Below are positions 19,045-28,908 of a stretch of DNA of 64,000 nt, piece after piece (the stretch's first letter is position 1; every line of letters begins with the position of its first letter). The stretch is from an uncultured bacterium (lineage in GTDB: Bacteria; Patescibacteriota; Minisyncoccia; UBA6257; 2-01-FULL-56-20). The notes below the pieces were generated by a model. That model had not been told where the DNA came from, did not search any database, and worked only from the letters and a program-made list of their open reading frames with translations. Where the stretch lies: contig CAWJQC010000004.1 in assembly GCA_963844965.1 (NCBI GenBank), positions 64,001 to 128,000 on the forward strand, in the 5' to 3' direction. Both the position numbers and the translations under genes were made by a program.

Positions 19045-21149
19045 TTACCGTTTTTTGCCTTCGATAATCAACTGCGCAATGTTCTGCGGCACTGGCTCAT
19101 AATGGTCAAATTCCATCGTGAACGCTCCCCTGCCTTGCGTCATGGAACGCAACTCGGTCGCGTAGCCGAACATTTCCGCGAGCGGAACTTTGGCGTCAAT
19201 CACTTTCACGTTGGGCCGGTCGGAAATTTCCTCAATCCTGCCGCGCTTGGAGTTCAAGTTGCCGCTCACCTCGCCCAAAAATTCTATCGGGATGATAACC
19301 TGAAGCTTCATTATCGGCTCCAATATGACCGGCTTCGCGCGCTTCGCCGCTTCCTGCAGGGCGATGGAGCCAGCAATTTTGAAAGCCGCCTCCGACGAGT
19401 CAACTTCATGGAAAGAGCCGTCATAGAGCGAAACTTCAAGGTCGGTCATCGGGTAGTGGGCAACGACCCCCTTACTCAATGCTTCCACCACACCTTTTTC
19501 CACCGCCGGGATGAATTCGTTCGGAATGATCCCTCCCTGATATCGTCTATGAAAACAAATCCCTTGCCGCGCTCCAAGGACTTCACGCGCAGCCAGACAT
19601 GTCCGTATTGTCCGCGGCCGCCGGATTGCCTGATATATTTGCCTTCCGCCTCCGCTTCGCCCATAATCGTTTCTTTATAGGCAACCTGCGGCCGCCCCAC
19701 CGAACCCTCAACACCGAACTCCCGCTTCATCCTGTCAACAATAATTTCCAGGTGCAACTCGCCCATGCCAGAAATAATCGTCTCGCCAGTTTCCAGGTCG
19801 CCCGCCACGCGGAAAGTCGGGTCTTCTTCCGCCAAGCGGTGCAGGGCAATGCTCATTTTTTCCTGGTCGGCTTTCGTCTTCGGCTCAATGCGAATGCCGA
19901 TCACCGGCTCGGGGAATATGATCTTCTCAAGCACTATCGGCGCGTCGGGACTGCAAAGCGTGTCGCCGGTCGTCGTATTCTTCAAACCGACGATCGCCGC
20001 GATATCTCCGGCATGCACTTCCTCCATTTCTTCGCGGTGGTTGGCGTGCATCCGCACCACGCGGCCGACACGTTCCTGCTGGTCCTTCTTGGAATTCAAA
20101 ACGTACGTGCCGCGCTTCAAAACGCCGGAATAATTCCGGAAATAGGTTAAAGTGCCGACGTACGGGTCTGTCGCAACCTTGAAAGCCAGCGCCGAGAACG
20201 GCTCTTCGTCCTTGGGGTGCCGCACGATATCGGCGCCGCTCTTCGGGTCAATGCCCTTAACCGGAGGAAGGTCCGTCGGCGCGGGCAAATATTCCACAAC
20301 CGAGTCAAGCATAAATTGCACGCCTTTGTTTTTCAGGGCCGAACCGCAAAGCACCGGCACAATTTTGTTGGCAATAACGGCTTTGCGCAAAACGCGGCGC
20401 AAATCTTCAATGTCAAGCTCAGTACCATCCAAATACTTGGTCATCAAGGCATCGTCATTGTCCACAATGCGTTCCACAAGTTCATGCCGCGCCTTCTTCA
20501 CGTGCACTTTCATATTTTCCGGCATCGGAATTTCTGTAATCTTTTCGCCATGTTCACCCTCCGAGCCGTACGCCTTTTCGGTTAAGAGGTCTATCATTCC
20601 CACGAATTCACCCTCAAGGCCGATGTTCAACTGCAAAGGCAGTGCGTTCGGCGTGAGCCGTTCTTTGATTGACTGCAAACTTTTTTCAAAGCTCGCACCC
20701 AAGCGGTCAAGTTTGTTAATAAAGCAAATCCGCGGCACGTGGTACTCATCGGCATAGCGCCAGTTCGTTTCCGACTGCGGCTCAACACCTGCGACGCCAT
20801 CAAAGACGACAACCGCGCCGTCCAAAACGCGGAGCGAACGCTTCACCTCCACCGTAAAGTCAATGTGCCCCGGCGTGTCAATCAAATTTATCATATGCTC
20901 AAATTTTTTGTCGCCCTTGCGGTAAGTCGGAATCCAGAACGCCGTCGTTGCGGCGGAAGTAATCGTAATTCCCCTCTCACGTTCCTGCTCCATCCAATCC
21001 ATCACCGTGTCGCCCGTGTGCACCTCGCCGATTTTGTGACTGACGCCCGTATAAAAAAGCACCCGTTCGCTCACGGTGGTTTTGCCGGCATCTATATGGG
21101 CGATGATGCCGATGTTACGGACCTTCTCGACAGGATACATTCTAGGCAT
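19045..21149 (-). CDS. fusA: Elongation factor G, split by a 1-nt deletion in a G-run near 19531-19540
   Basis: ORF-track pieces 19476..21149 (AHIDAGKTT...[10 protein letters not shown]) and 19045..19503 ([18 protein letters not shown]...) are contiguous EF-G. The correct join is ...[20 protein letters not shown]... Confidence 0.9.
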
Positions 21150-21303
21150 TGAATTTGAATAAACTTATTTTAATTCTCGCGCATATTGATGCGGGAAAGG
21201 GGTCGGGAAAACGGGAGTTTTCCCGTATAGGAAAAAGGCCGGAGGCCGAGTTAAAAACCGAGAGGTTTTTAAGGAGCGGGTTGCTGTATAGCGACTCGCG
21301 ACC

Positions 21304-21363
21304 GTCTATATGCGCGATTATTCCTATATTTCTTACTTTTTCTACTGGATATTGTCGCGGCAT
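21304..21363 (-). pseudogene. Displaced duplicate of the fusA 5' end (codons 1-20, [20 protein letters not shown]), codon-divergent from the functional copy
   Basis: ORF 21142..21363 begins with a 20-aa peptide identical (1 substitution) to the fusA N-terminus but with different synonymous codons. It then reads through a 150-bp hairpin-containing insert. Confidence 0.6.
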
Positions 21364-21371
21364 AAAATAAA

Positions 21372-21758
21372 TTATTTATCTTCTTCAACTTCCGGCAAAC
21401 CTGTTCCGCCTCTCACCCCTTGGCCGCCGCTCTCCACGTAAGACATGGTGACATCGAATGCGTTCCGGAGATAAGGAATTTTGGCGGGACTGCTGTTGCC
21501 TTCCTCTATCTCCGACCAGCTAATTTTGCCTTTTTCCAAAAGAGCGCTCAGAACTTCTATTTTTGATTTGGTGCCGAAATCCAAAACCGTTTCCGGTGGT
21601 GCATAAGCGATGTTTTTACCCTGCCGAAGCGCTTCCAATTCGTGGCGTTTCGCTCGTTCCTTATATTCTTCCAATTTTAATCGCAATTGCTTTACGCGCC
21701 GTCCGTCAGTAGGCAAAACTATCTCTAAACCACTTTTTTCGGCTTCCGGACCTTTCAT
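21372..21758 (-). CDS. Hypothetical protein (128 aa) between rpsG and fusA
   Basis: ORF only; charged and helical. Confidence 0.4.
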   Translation of the reverse strand: MKGPEAEKSGLEIVLPTDGRRVKQLRLKLEEYKERAKRHELEALRQGKNIAYAPPETVLDFGTKSKIEVLSALLEKGKISWSEIEEGNSSPAKIPYLRNAFDVTMSYVESGGQGVRGGTGLPEVEEDK

Positions 21759-21886
21759 CGTGGCAAATAATTACCGGGCGAAGTGCGCGAATGCCCTGTT
21801 CGCTTCCGCCCCCGCACCAAAGCTACGCTTGGTACGGGACTCCGCCTCTTCTAAATATCTTAAATTAAGGTGGCTACGCATTCTGT

Positions 21887-22354
21887 TTATCTGGCAAAGT
21901 GTGCAAAGGCACGATTAGCCTCAGCCATCCGGTGCATATCTAACTTCTTTTTGATTGCCGCGCCTTCATTCTTGGAAGCGGCAATGATTTCTTCCGCCAA
22001 TTTGTCGGCCATGGGCTTGCCTTTGCGGCTGCGCGCAGTGCCGATTATCCAGCGGATTGCCAAAATAAACCTGCGTTCGGGGCGCACTTCAATCGGCACT
22101 TGATAGTTCGCGCCGCCGACCCGCCGCGATTTCACCTCCAATAAAGGCGAGGCGTTTTCAACGGCTTTCTCAAAAACCTTCAGGGAATCTTCTTTCGTGA
22201 TTTCTTTCACTTTATCAAACGCGTCATAGACAATTTTTTCGGCAATTGATTTCTTGCCGTCGCGCATCACGTAATTAATAAAACGCTCCACGTCTATGCG
22301 CTCATGCTTTATGTCCGGCTTGTGATATTTTTTGTAAACTCGTTTTTTGCGCAT
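21887..22354 (-). CDS. rpsG: 30S ribosomal protein S7
   Basis: 155 aa; [22 protein letters not shown] ... [18 protein letters not shown]7. Confidence 0.9.
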   Translation of the reverse strand: MRKKRVYKKYHKPDIKHERIDVERFINYVMRDGKKSIAEKIVYDAFDKVKEITKEDSLKVFEKAVENASPLLEVKSRRVGGANYQVPIEVRPERRFILAIRWIIGTARSRKGKPMADKLAEEIIAASKNEGAAIKKKLDMHRMAEANRAFAHFAR

Positions 22355-22437
22355 TGTTACATATGGTTGTCATTCCGAGCTTTGCGAGGAATCTCATGAG
22401 ATCCTTCACTTCGCTCAGGATGATGCTCTGCGGAGCG

Positions 22438-22848
22438 TCATTTCGGCCGCTTTACACCGTATTTACTGCGCTGCTGTTTCCTGTTATCCACTCCGGTCGT
22501 GTCCAAAATTCCGCGGATAACGTGGTAGCGCACGCCCGGCAAGTCCTTCACGCGGCCGCCGCGCACGAGAACGATGGAGTGCTCCTGCAGGGTGTGGCCT
22601 TCGCCGGGAATATAAGCCGTGATTTCCATGCCGTTCGTGAGACGGACGCGCGCGACTTTGCGCAGAGCCGAGTTCGGTTTCTTCGGCGTTGTCGTGAAAA
22701 CCTTGAGGCAAACGCCGCGCTTGAACGGTGAGCCGGAATCCACCGGCCGATTCTTCAGCGTGTTGAAATAATAAGACAGCGCCGGCGCCTTGGTCTTTGC
22801 TTTAAGCGGCTTCCTTCCTTTTTTAATTAGTTGACGGATTGTCGGCAT
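22438..22848 (-). CDS. rpsL: 30S ribosomal protein S12
   Basis: [12 protein letters not shown]...[31 protein letters not shown]12. Confidence 0.95.
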   Translation of the reverse strand: MPTIRQLIKKGRKPLKAKTKAPALSYYFNTLKNRPVDSGSPFKRGVCLKVFTTTPKKPNSALRKVARVRLTNGMEITAYIPGEGHTLQEHSIVLVRGGRVKDLPGVRYHVIRGILDTTGVDNRKQQRSKYGVKRPK

Positions 22849-23018
22849 CCTTAGATAATCTCCAATTTACAATACCCAATTTCCAACTAAATTTCCAGAT
22901 TAACAAAATTAGCAGCCAGCCACAGCCGCTACATTAGGAAAGTGTACAGTAAACGGCGGCCAGTGTCAAACCCACCACGCTTACCCACCGCGCCTAAGAG
23001 AGATAAAAAAAAGCCGCT

Positions 23019-23729
23019 TCAAAATCCGAAAGACTGCCCCGTGATGAGCGTGAAAAGAAACTGAATGATGGGCGCTATGAGCTGAAATCCGAAGAATACG
23101 AAAATGAGAACGAGAATCATGCCGTAGCGCTCCAGGAAATATGCCGCGCGGTAGCTCGCTTCGGTTTTCGGCAAAACGGCGAATAAAACCTTGGAGCCGT
23201 CAAGCGGCGGAATGGGAACAAGGTTGAATACGGCGAGCAGAATGTTAATAAGAGTTATCACAAAAAAAGCATATAAAATCATAGCAACTGGCGAAGTTAG
23301 TAAAGTTAAAACTAGGTCCGTTCTGCCAGAAAGCACGGCTATAGCCATATTATTTCGCAACATTTCGGATACTGGCAAAAACCGACTAGCAATTCCAAAA
23401 AAAATTGCTATTAACAAGTTTGAAGCTGGCCCAGCAACGGCGATTTTTCCAGCTCCAGAAAGAGGATCGCGCAGATTATTCGGGTTGTATGGCACGGGCT
23501 TCGCCCAACCGAAGACCATGCTGCCTCCGGTCAAAAAATAAAGAGAAACCGGCAGCAGAAACGAGCCGAAGAAATCCAGATGTTTTATGGGATTCAAAGT
23601 CAGCCGCCCGGCGAGCCGCGCCGTGGGGTCGCCCAAGTGCTCGGCGACGACGCCGTGCGAAACCTCGTGGATTACGGCGGACATTATGAGTATCGCGAGC
23701 CAAAATAAAAAAGCGATTGTGGATGTCAT
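23019..23729 (-). CDS. Site-2 protease family (peptidase M50) membrane metalloprotease
   Basis: HEVSHG zinc motif in a TM helix, a further hydrophobic core, LDGSKV motif. Start trimmed to MTSTIAFLFWLAIL. Confidence 0.7.
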   Translation of the reverse strand: MTSTIAFLFWLAILIMSAVIHEVSHGVVAEHLGDPTARLAGRLTLNPIKHLDFFGSFLLPVSLYFLTGGSMVFGWAKPVPYNPNNLRDPLSGAGKIAVAGPASNLLIAIFFGIASRFLPVSEMLRNNMAIAVLSGRTDLVLTLLTSPVAMILYAFFVITLINILLAVFNLVPIPPLDGSKVLFAVLPKTEASYRAAYFLERYGMILVLIFVFFGFQLIAPIIQFLFTLITGQSFGF

Positions 23730-23829
23730 ATCAACAATAATATCCGAAAACCGCGGTCTTTGCCAATTAAGAAAAAACAAATTAAAATGAGCATGTCGCC
23801 CTCGTGGTGAAACTTGCCCTCCCACCTTT

Positions 23830-23902
23830 GTCCCTGTAGCTCAACGGATAGAGCGTGTGGCTTCGAACCACAAGGTTGCAGGTTCAAATCCTGCCAGGGA
23901 CG
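23830..23902 (+). tRNA. tRNA-Arg (anticodon TCG)
   Basis: Hand-folded cloverleaf: acceptor GTCCCTG/CAGGGAC, D-arm GCTC-AACGGATA-GAGC, anticodon arm TGTGG-CTTCGAA-CCACA, T-arm GCAGG-TTCAAAT-CCTGC, discriminator G, no encoded CCA. It is flanked by the inverted repeat CCCACCTTTG / CAAAGGTGGG. Confidence 0.85.
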
Positions 23903-23924
23903 CAAAGGTGGGAGGGTGAAGATA

Positions 23925-23990
23925 TCATATGTGGCTTCGAACCACAGGTTCCAGGTTCGAGTCCTGGCGAGGGCACACACAACATTTCGT
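23925..23990 (+). other. Partial tRNA-Arg(TCG)-like fragment (anticodon arm plus T-arm, no 5' acceptor or D-arm)
   Basis: GTGGC-TTCGAAC-CACAG plus CCAGG-TTCGAGT-CCTGG plus CGAGGGCAC, with no complementary 5' acceptor strand upstream. Confidence 0.5.
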
Positions 23991-24072
23991 ATCGCGGCAT
24001 CGTGGGGGCCGACGCTCTAGCGCGACCCCGAGAGGCCTACCGATACGGAATATCGTCCTCCTTATTTCTCTA

Positions 24073-24324
24073 TTAAGAGCCGGCAAAAATACTTTTGATA
24101 AGGCTTGTAATGCCGCCTGCTATCAGCACGATCACAAAACCGACTGCCGCATACGTAAGGGTCTTCTTCCCTTTCGAAAATTTTTCAGGATCGCCAGCCG
24201 CCGTCATCATTTGAAACCCGCCGACAAGCACCATTATACTTGTGAGCGGCGCTGCAATATCGTAAAAAAGAAATCCCGCCACACTATTCGCGACGGACAC
24301 CAAGCTGCCCCCCCATTCGTACAA
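24073..24324 (-). CDS. Small two-TM membrane protein, TrbC/VirB2 pilin-like (tentative)
   Basis: 83 aa with two hydrophobic helices and a short charged loop; next to the serine recombinase. Confidence 0.3.
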   Translation of the reverse strand: MYEWGGSLVSVANSVAGFLFYDIAAPLTSIMVLVGGFQMMTAAGDPEKFSKGKKTLTYAAVGFVIVLIAGGITSLIKSIFAGS

Positions 24325-24491
24325 TTTGGATCGAACGGATTAAAAAGTTGGTTGGGAGGGCACGCGGCAAAAGCTAACTTCGCGACGGTTAAGGCGCTGA
24401 CTGTTATTAAAATCTTTGTTGTGCGGCGGATAATATGCATATGGATTATTATAGCATACGAGATAGCGTGGCAGAAGCCCATTTTGTTTAG

Positions 24492-25886
24492 CTATTTCTG
24501 CAAGCTCAGAATTTTATTCCTGAACGTCAACTTACTCTTGAAGCAAGATAGCAATTCGCGTTTCTCGACCGTGCTGCCCTTTTTGAGAAGATATTTTGCG
24601 TACGTTTTAAGGTCAATTTCTTTAGTGGCCGCTTTCGATCCTTCTCCCAAGACATCGTTCGCGAATTTGCGATATCGTTCCATCTCGTCTTCGAATTTCT
24701 TCTGCATCCCAATCTCACTGATATCCATCTCGTCAATGATAGCGAGAAGTTGAGCGATCAATTCCTCTTCGCGAATGTATCCGCACTTGCAATCCTTATC
24801 TTTCGAGCGTGAGCATCCATAGTACACGTACCGCGCCGTCGTTCCATCCTTGTGCGCCTTATATTTCTCGCACGCACTGATGCCCGATCCGCATAGGCCG
24901 CACGAGATCAGTTTCGTAAACGAAAATTCCTTTATCTCCGACCTGATGACAAAATCTCGGTGCAGCTGCTCCTGTACTTTATCGAACAGCTCCCGCGAAA
25001 TGATTGCTTCGTGCTTGCCGCTGTACCAGTTACCGCTCTTCAGTGGATACTCAAAGATGCCGCAGTAAAATGGATTTTTGAGGATGATATAAATATTGGA
25101 TAACGAAAGCACTTTCCCATTCTTTGTTCTGAATTTGATTTCCGACTTCAGCCAATGATAAAGCTTCCGGCCCGACCATTGTTCGTCGGCGACTTTCTGG
25201 AGCATTTGCTTGATGACGGGCGCTCGCAGGGGATCAATGATAACTTCACAAGGACGGTCGGTGCTCTTCTCGTTAAGATACCCTGTCGGTGCGATAGACG
25301 GACGCAAACCTTGTTCGCACCGCATCCGTAATCCGCGCTTCACGTTTTCCGATTTGTTATCATTCTCAAGTTTCGCTTGGCTGCACAAAATCATCAACAT
25401 GAATTTCTCGCTCGGCGAGTTCGTGAATTTCTGGCTGAAGGTTCTGATCTCGATAAGTAATTTTTGATCCATCAAGTCCACCAAGCCGCCAAGGTCGCCC
25501 GCGTTGCGGCTCAAGCGATCCGGCGCCCATGTAAGGATACCGTTGAATTCGCCGGAACGAATATCAATAAGCAACTCGTTAAAAATTTTTCGCTGGCCGA
25601 CAGCTTTTGCGGAATGGCTTTCCTTTCTAACTTCGGCGATCTCAAGGTTATCGCGCTCGGCGATTTTCAGCATCTCCTTTATCTGACTATCAATGGAAAG
25701 CACTTGCTGTTCCTCGCTCTCCGTACTTTTCCTCGCATAGAGGCAGTATTTTATTTTTATCGCTTCGGCCTTTGTCGCAGAAACGCCCGACTGATCCCAG
25801 CCCTTTGGTATATTTGTTATTTTCTCCATACCTAAGGGATGCCGCAACGGCGGAAGGAGTCCAGAGCATCCTTGTCGGTAACTCAA
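24492..25886 (-). mobile_element. Large serine recombinase (resolvase catalytic domain, recombinase domain, zinc ribbon)
   Basis: YCLYARKSTESEEQQVLSIDSQ catalytic-Ser motif, large-recombinase middle domain, C-terminal Cys cluster CGLCGSG...YGCSRSKDKDCKCGY. About 590 bp from tRNA-Arg. Confidence 0.8.
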
Positions 25887-26951
25887 AACTCGATATCAGG
25901 CGACGAAGGGGCAAAGAAGGCAAGCAGAGTGATTTCCCCAGCCACCCTCTTTAAGACCATTTATAAACGAGCTATAATAATTCTAATGTTCAGTACCAAT
26001 GCGCGACGGGTAATGTGTGTCGTTGCAGGTTTGATTTTGACTTCGCTCGCTTGGATCGGATGCGCGAATTATTTCAACTGGTACGCCGACACAATCGGTC
26101 CCGTGGCCTGGTTTGGCACCCTGTTCCTATTTGCCGCAGCAGGAGTCGGCGCCGGTCTGCTCTTCGAAAAATCGACCAGGGCTCATTATCAGTCTGCAAT
26201 GACGGCAAATCCCCAACTTAAGGAACGAATGGAAACTACTCTCGGAAGGCGCCTCAAGTTTGGCTACGTGCTTGCCGGGCTTTATGTCGCCTATAGGCTT
26301 TTCGGATATTATCTGTTTTTTGTTCTCGGCTTCTCTTTATCTCCAGCGGCCCATCTTCAACTGATTCTTTCGGCGGTCGTTGAGGCGGTTGTCGCCTTAG
26401 TGTGTTTGTTGCTTTATTGGGAGCGCGGAGAAGATGCCAGTACGGCGAATATAAAAAAGCATTTGCTTGTCTATGTTATTTTCTTCTTCGTTCTCGCAGT
26501 GGTTGACGGTGTCGCACTGCTTGTCTTGAAGCCCGCTTCGGCGGTAGTTCAAACACCCGCAACTCTCGAATCCGCGCTCGAAGCATTTTCCGCCGAGGAA
26601 TTTTCCGGGGCAGCAGCAAAAGGGGCGCAAGCGCTACAAGTAAAAGATATGGTCGGGATAGCTTCGGCGCTCCAGAAGATCAATGCTCATTTTAACCAAT
26701 CATTAACCAGCGCGGATCTTTATGACATGCGGTACACCATTAATTGGGGCTTGAATGAAGCAATTGCATATTACCAATTCGAGGCCGACGATCAATCCAT
26801 TTACGCTCTTCAGCTTACCGAAAATCTTGCGACCAGCAATATTGCCGAGAGTTATTATTCGTTTCCGGCAGGTAGCACCTCCGCTCTAACCGGACAGAGG
26901 TATCTCTTCGTGGCAAACGGATTCAAACGCGGCCGAAACTTTGTTCCTTGA
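25839..26951 (+). CDS. Polytopic membrane protein, hypothetical (likely true start near 25989 MFSTNARRV...)
   Basis: Multiple TM helices; it may continue by frameshift into 27131..27526. Confidence 0.4.
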   Translation: MPQRRKESRASLSVTQNSISGDEGAKKASRVISPATLFKTIYKRAIIILMFSTNARRVMCVVAGLILTSLAWIGCANYFNWYADTIGPVAWFGTLFLFAAAGVGAGLLFEKSTRAHYQSAMTANPQLKERMETTLGRRLKFGYVLAGLYVAYRLFGYYLFFVLGFSLSPAAHLQLILSAVVEAVVALVCLLLYWERGEDASTANIKKHLLVYVIFFFVLAVVDGVALLVLKPASAVVQTPATLESALEAFSAEEFSGAAAKGAQALQVKDMVGIASALQKINAHFNQSLTSADLYDMRYTINWGLNEAIAYYQFEADDQSIYALQLTENLATSNIAESYYSFPAGSTSALTGQRYLFVANGFKRGRNFVP

Positions 26952-27130
26952 TACTGCAGGTGCTTATCTCAACCTACCTATGCAATCTCCGATTATGAAC
27001 GAAGACCTTTATTATCCTTTAACGGCATCTGCTCCTTCGTGGACAGTGTCCGTCCTCTTTACGAGCACTACGGAGGAGGGACAACAGCAAGTTCACGCTC
27101 TATAATACCTTTGACGCGAATACCGAGCGG

Positions 27131-27526
27131 GTGACGACGAGTACTTACGTTCCCTCCGGAAACTATTTGCCCTTGTCACCACAATCGCCATCCGTGTCGA
27201 TGAACGTTGCTCCGCCTCCCTCAAATTCCTCCCTGAAAATAATTTCTCCTGCCAACGGACAGAAATTGAAGCAGGGGTCAACATACACGATTAGCTGGCA
27301 GTCGTCTGGTGATTTCAATTTTGTCGTCGGGAATATCGTCGCTCCCGTTCCGGGCGAAGGGGGTGTAGGAATATTCCAAGCCCCCGCGACTTCAAGCCGC
27401 TATAGCTGGACCGTGCCGACCGGCTTCCCACCTGGGATGTATAAACTGGGGCTTGCGGGCAGCGATCAAGATTTTGTGAATCATAATTTTGCCTCGTCCA
27501 GTGTTTCAATCTACATCATTCCGTAG
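27131..27526 (+). CDS. Hypothetical extracellular beta-rich domain protein (possibly the C-terminal part of the preceding gene)
   Basis: 131 aa, Ig-like-looking composition (ISPANGQKLKQGSTYTISWQSSGDFNFVV). Confidence 0.3.
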   Translation: MTTSTYVPSGNYLPLSPQSPSVSMNVAPPPSNSSLKIISPANGQKLKQGSTYTISWQSSGDFNFVVGNIVAPVPGEGGVGIFQAPATSSRYSWTVPTGFPPGMYKLGLAGSDQDFVNHNFASSSVSIYIIP

Positions 27527-27599
27527 TAAAACTTATTTAAGATGAGACGCGGCCTTGGGACACCCTTTTAGTGCCTCATTTGTCTCATTTGCATAAAAA

Positions 27600-28140
27600 A
27601 GCCTTATTTTATGGGCATCGATTTTTCGGAATGAGACACTGCTTTGTATAAATCGGACACGTCCAGAATGGCATTTCTGTGTCCGATTTGTCCGATTTGC
27701 CTCCAAAATGTTACACACCACAAAGTGCAAAAGTTGTGTAACATTTGTAACATTTTGAGGAAAAGCGGGGGGTTGGAACATGGGAATGGGACACGAAAAA
27801 TCGACCTCTTGTGTCCCATTTGTTCCATTTTGTAGAAATGAGCCCTGCTGCGTTACGTTTGCCGCGTTACATTCCGAACGCTCAGAAATCTTTGATTTAT
27901 CTACCTAACAGGACAGCTCCCCAAAAAAGTGCCGCCCTCTCAACTTTTCACATCGCGTTACATTTGTTACATGTTACATTTGATCCCTCCGAAAACCGCG
28001 ACCGTGAGCCTTCCAAGGGAAATTTGGGGTCGTCCTCAAAAACCCTTATACTGATTGCACAGGGAAAGTCCGCATCCGCGAGGGGGCACAACAAAACTAT
28101 ATCTTTTTAGTTACCGCACGGTTGTCGTCGAGACGCGTGA
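27600..28140. repeat. AT-rich non-coding region with iteron-like direct repeats (GT[A/T]ACATTTG) and hairpins
   Basis: Motifs tgtaacatttgtaacatttt, gtgtccgatttgtccgatttg, gtcccatttgttccattttg, cgttacatttgttacatgttacatttg; palindrome TGTTACACACC...GTTGTGTAACA. Confidence 0.5.
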
Positions 28141-28141
28141 A

Positions 28142-28178
28142 AAACAAAAAAGGAGCTTGCAGAGCTCCTCTATCTAAC
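28142..28178 (-). terminator. Rho-independent terminator (GGAGCTCTGCAAGCTCC plus T-run on the minus strand)
   Basis: Perfect hairpin followed by TTTTTTGTTTTT just downstream of the gene ending at 28189. Confidence 0.6.
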
Positions 28179-28188
28179 TCAACCTAAC

Positions 28189-28908
28189 TCAACGGGATGC
28201 GGCGGAAACATGGGACAGCACGTCCGCAATGGCGTTCACGAGAACTCTTAATCCGTCTCTCCGGTAGAAAATTTCCTCACCGTCTGCCGGTCCGAAGCGA
28301 TCAATGTGGCGGTGAGATTTTTTCCTTATGAAACGACTGTTCGAAAGAGCGTGTAAGTTTACCCTTATGTTCTCAATCATTTTCTCGTGATAAGGGTTCT
28401 CCCTGCCATGCCATTGCTCACAAAGGGCAATCTCGCCTTCGGCGGTCGTAAAAAACAACGACCGAAGGAAGTAATTAAAGTGACGCTCAACGGCAGTCTC
28501 AACCAATCTTTGCAACTCCGGCCCGCTTTTCGCGCTTCCCAAGACCGGTATCGCCGAGATATCGTTACCATACTTCTTTTTGGCCAAGTGGTCCCAGGCA
28601 TAACCAAGAGCGATGAGCCAACGTTTGCCGTGGACGGTGGCAAGGAACACGTCGCCGTACTTCATATATAACCTTTCCGAATTATTGCCGTTGACGGCAT
28701 GGTCGTCAACGATCGCGTAGACAGATGACGGAATGGGCAACTCGATTTTCCTACGGGGACGCAATCTATAATCATCCCAAAGTCCGTGAAATACCCCGTA
28801 GGTAAGTTCCTCAGGCGTAATCAACCGCCTGAACGGATGGACAATAGAACGAAGAGCACCGTGCTTTCCTTCCAGCACTTCCTTCAGGCGTTTTCTAAAA
28901 ATTTTCAT
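28189..28908 (-). CDS. Hypothetical protein (start trimmed to MKIFRKRLKE)
   Basis: ORF 28189..29013 with many antisense ORFs; no recognisable motif. Confidence 0.4.
   Translation of the reverse strand: MKIFRKRLKEVLEGKHGALRSIVHPFRRLITPEELTYGVFHGLWDDYRLRPRRKIELPIPSSVYAIVDDHAVNGNNSERLYMKYGDVFLATVHGKRWLIALGYAWDHLAKKKYGNDISAIPVLGSAKSGPELQRLVETAVERHFNYFLRSLFFTTAEGEIALCEQWHGRENPYHEKMIENIRVNLHALSNSRFIRKKSHRHIDRFGPADGEEIFYRRDGLRVLVNAIADVLSHVSAASR

Noticed and set aside
4838-21149. Programmed ribosomal frameshifting or genuine pseudogenisation of rplN, rplP, rpsJ, tuf, fusA
   Set aside because: Single-copy essential genes, and tuf would need four events. The reconstructible events are +/-1 in short homopolymers. 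No slippery heptamer plus pseudoknot context. Assembly indels are the simpler explanation.
21142-21363. 73-aa ORF upstream of fusA as a real gene
   Set aside because: Its first 20 codons duplicate the fusA N-terminus and the remainder reads through a hairpin-rich non-coding insert with no protein-like composition. Treated as a displaced gene fragment.
23726-24076. ORF-track peptides overlapping tRNA-Arg and its fragment (23726..23980-, 23814..24020+, 23855..24076+); likewise 30411..30716- over tRNA-Lys and 48139..48333- over tRNA-Glu
   Set aside because: They are translations of tRNA sequence (e.g. ...SRTCN..., ...TGFEPV...); the RNA genes explain the region.
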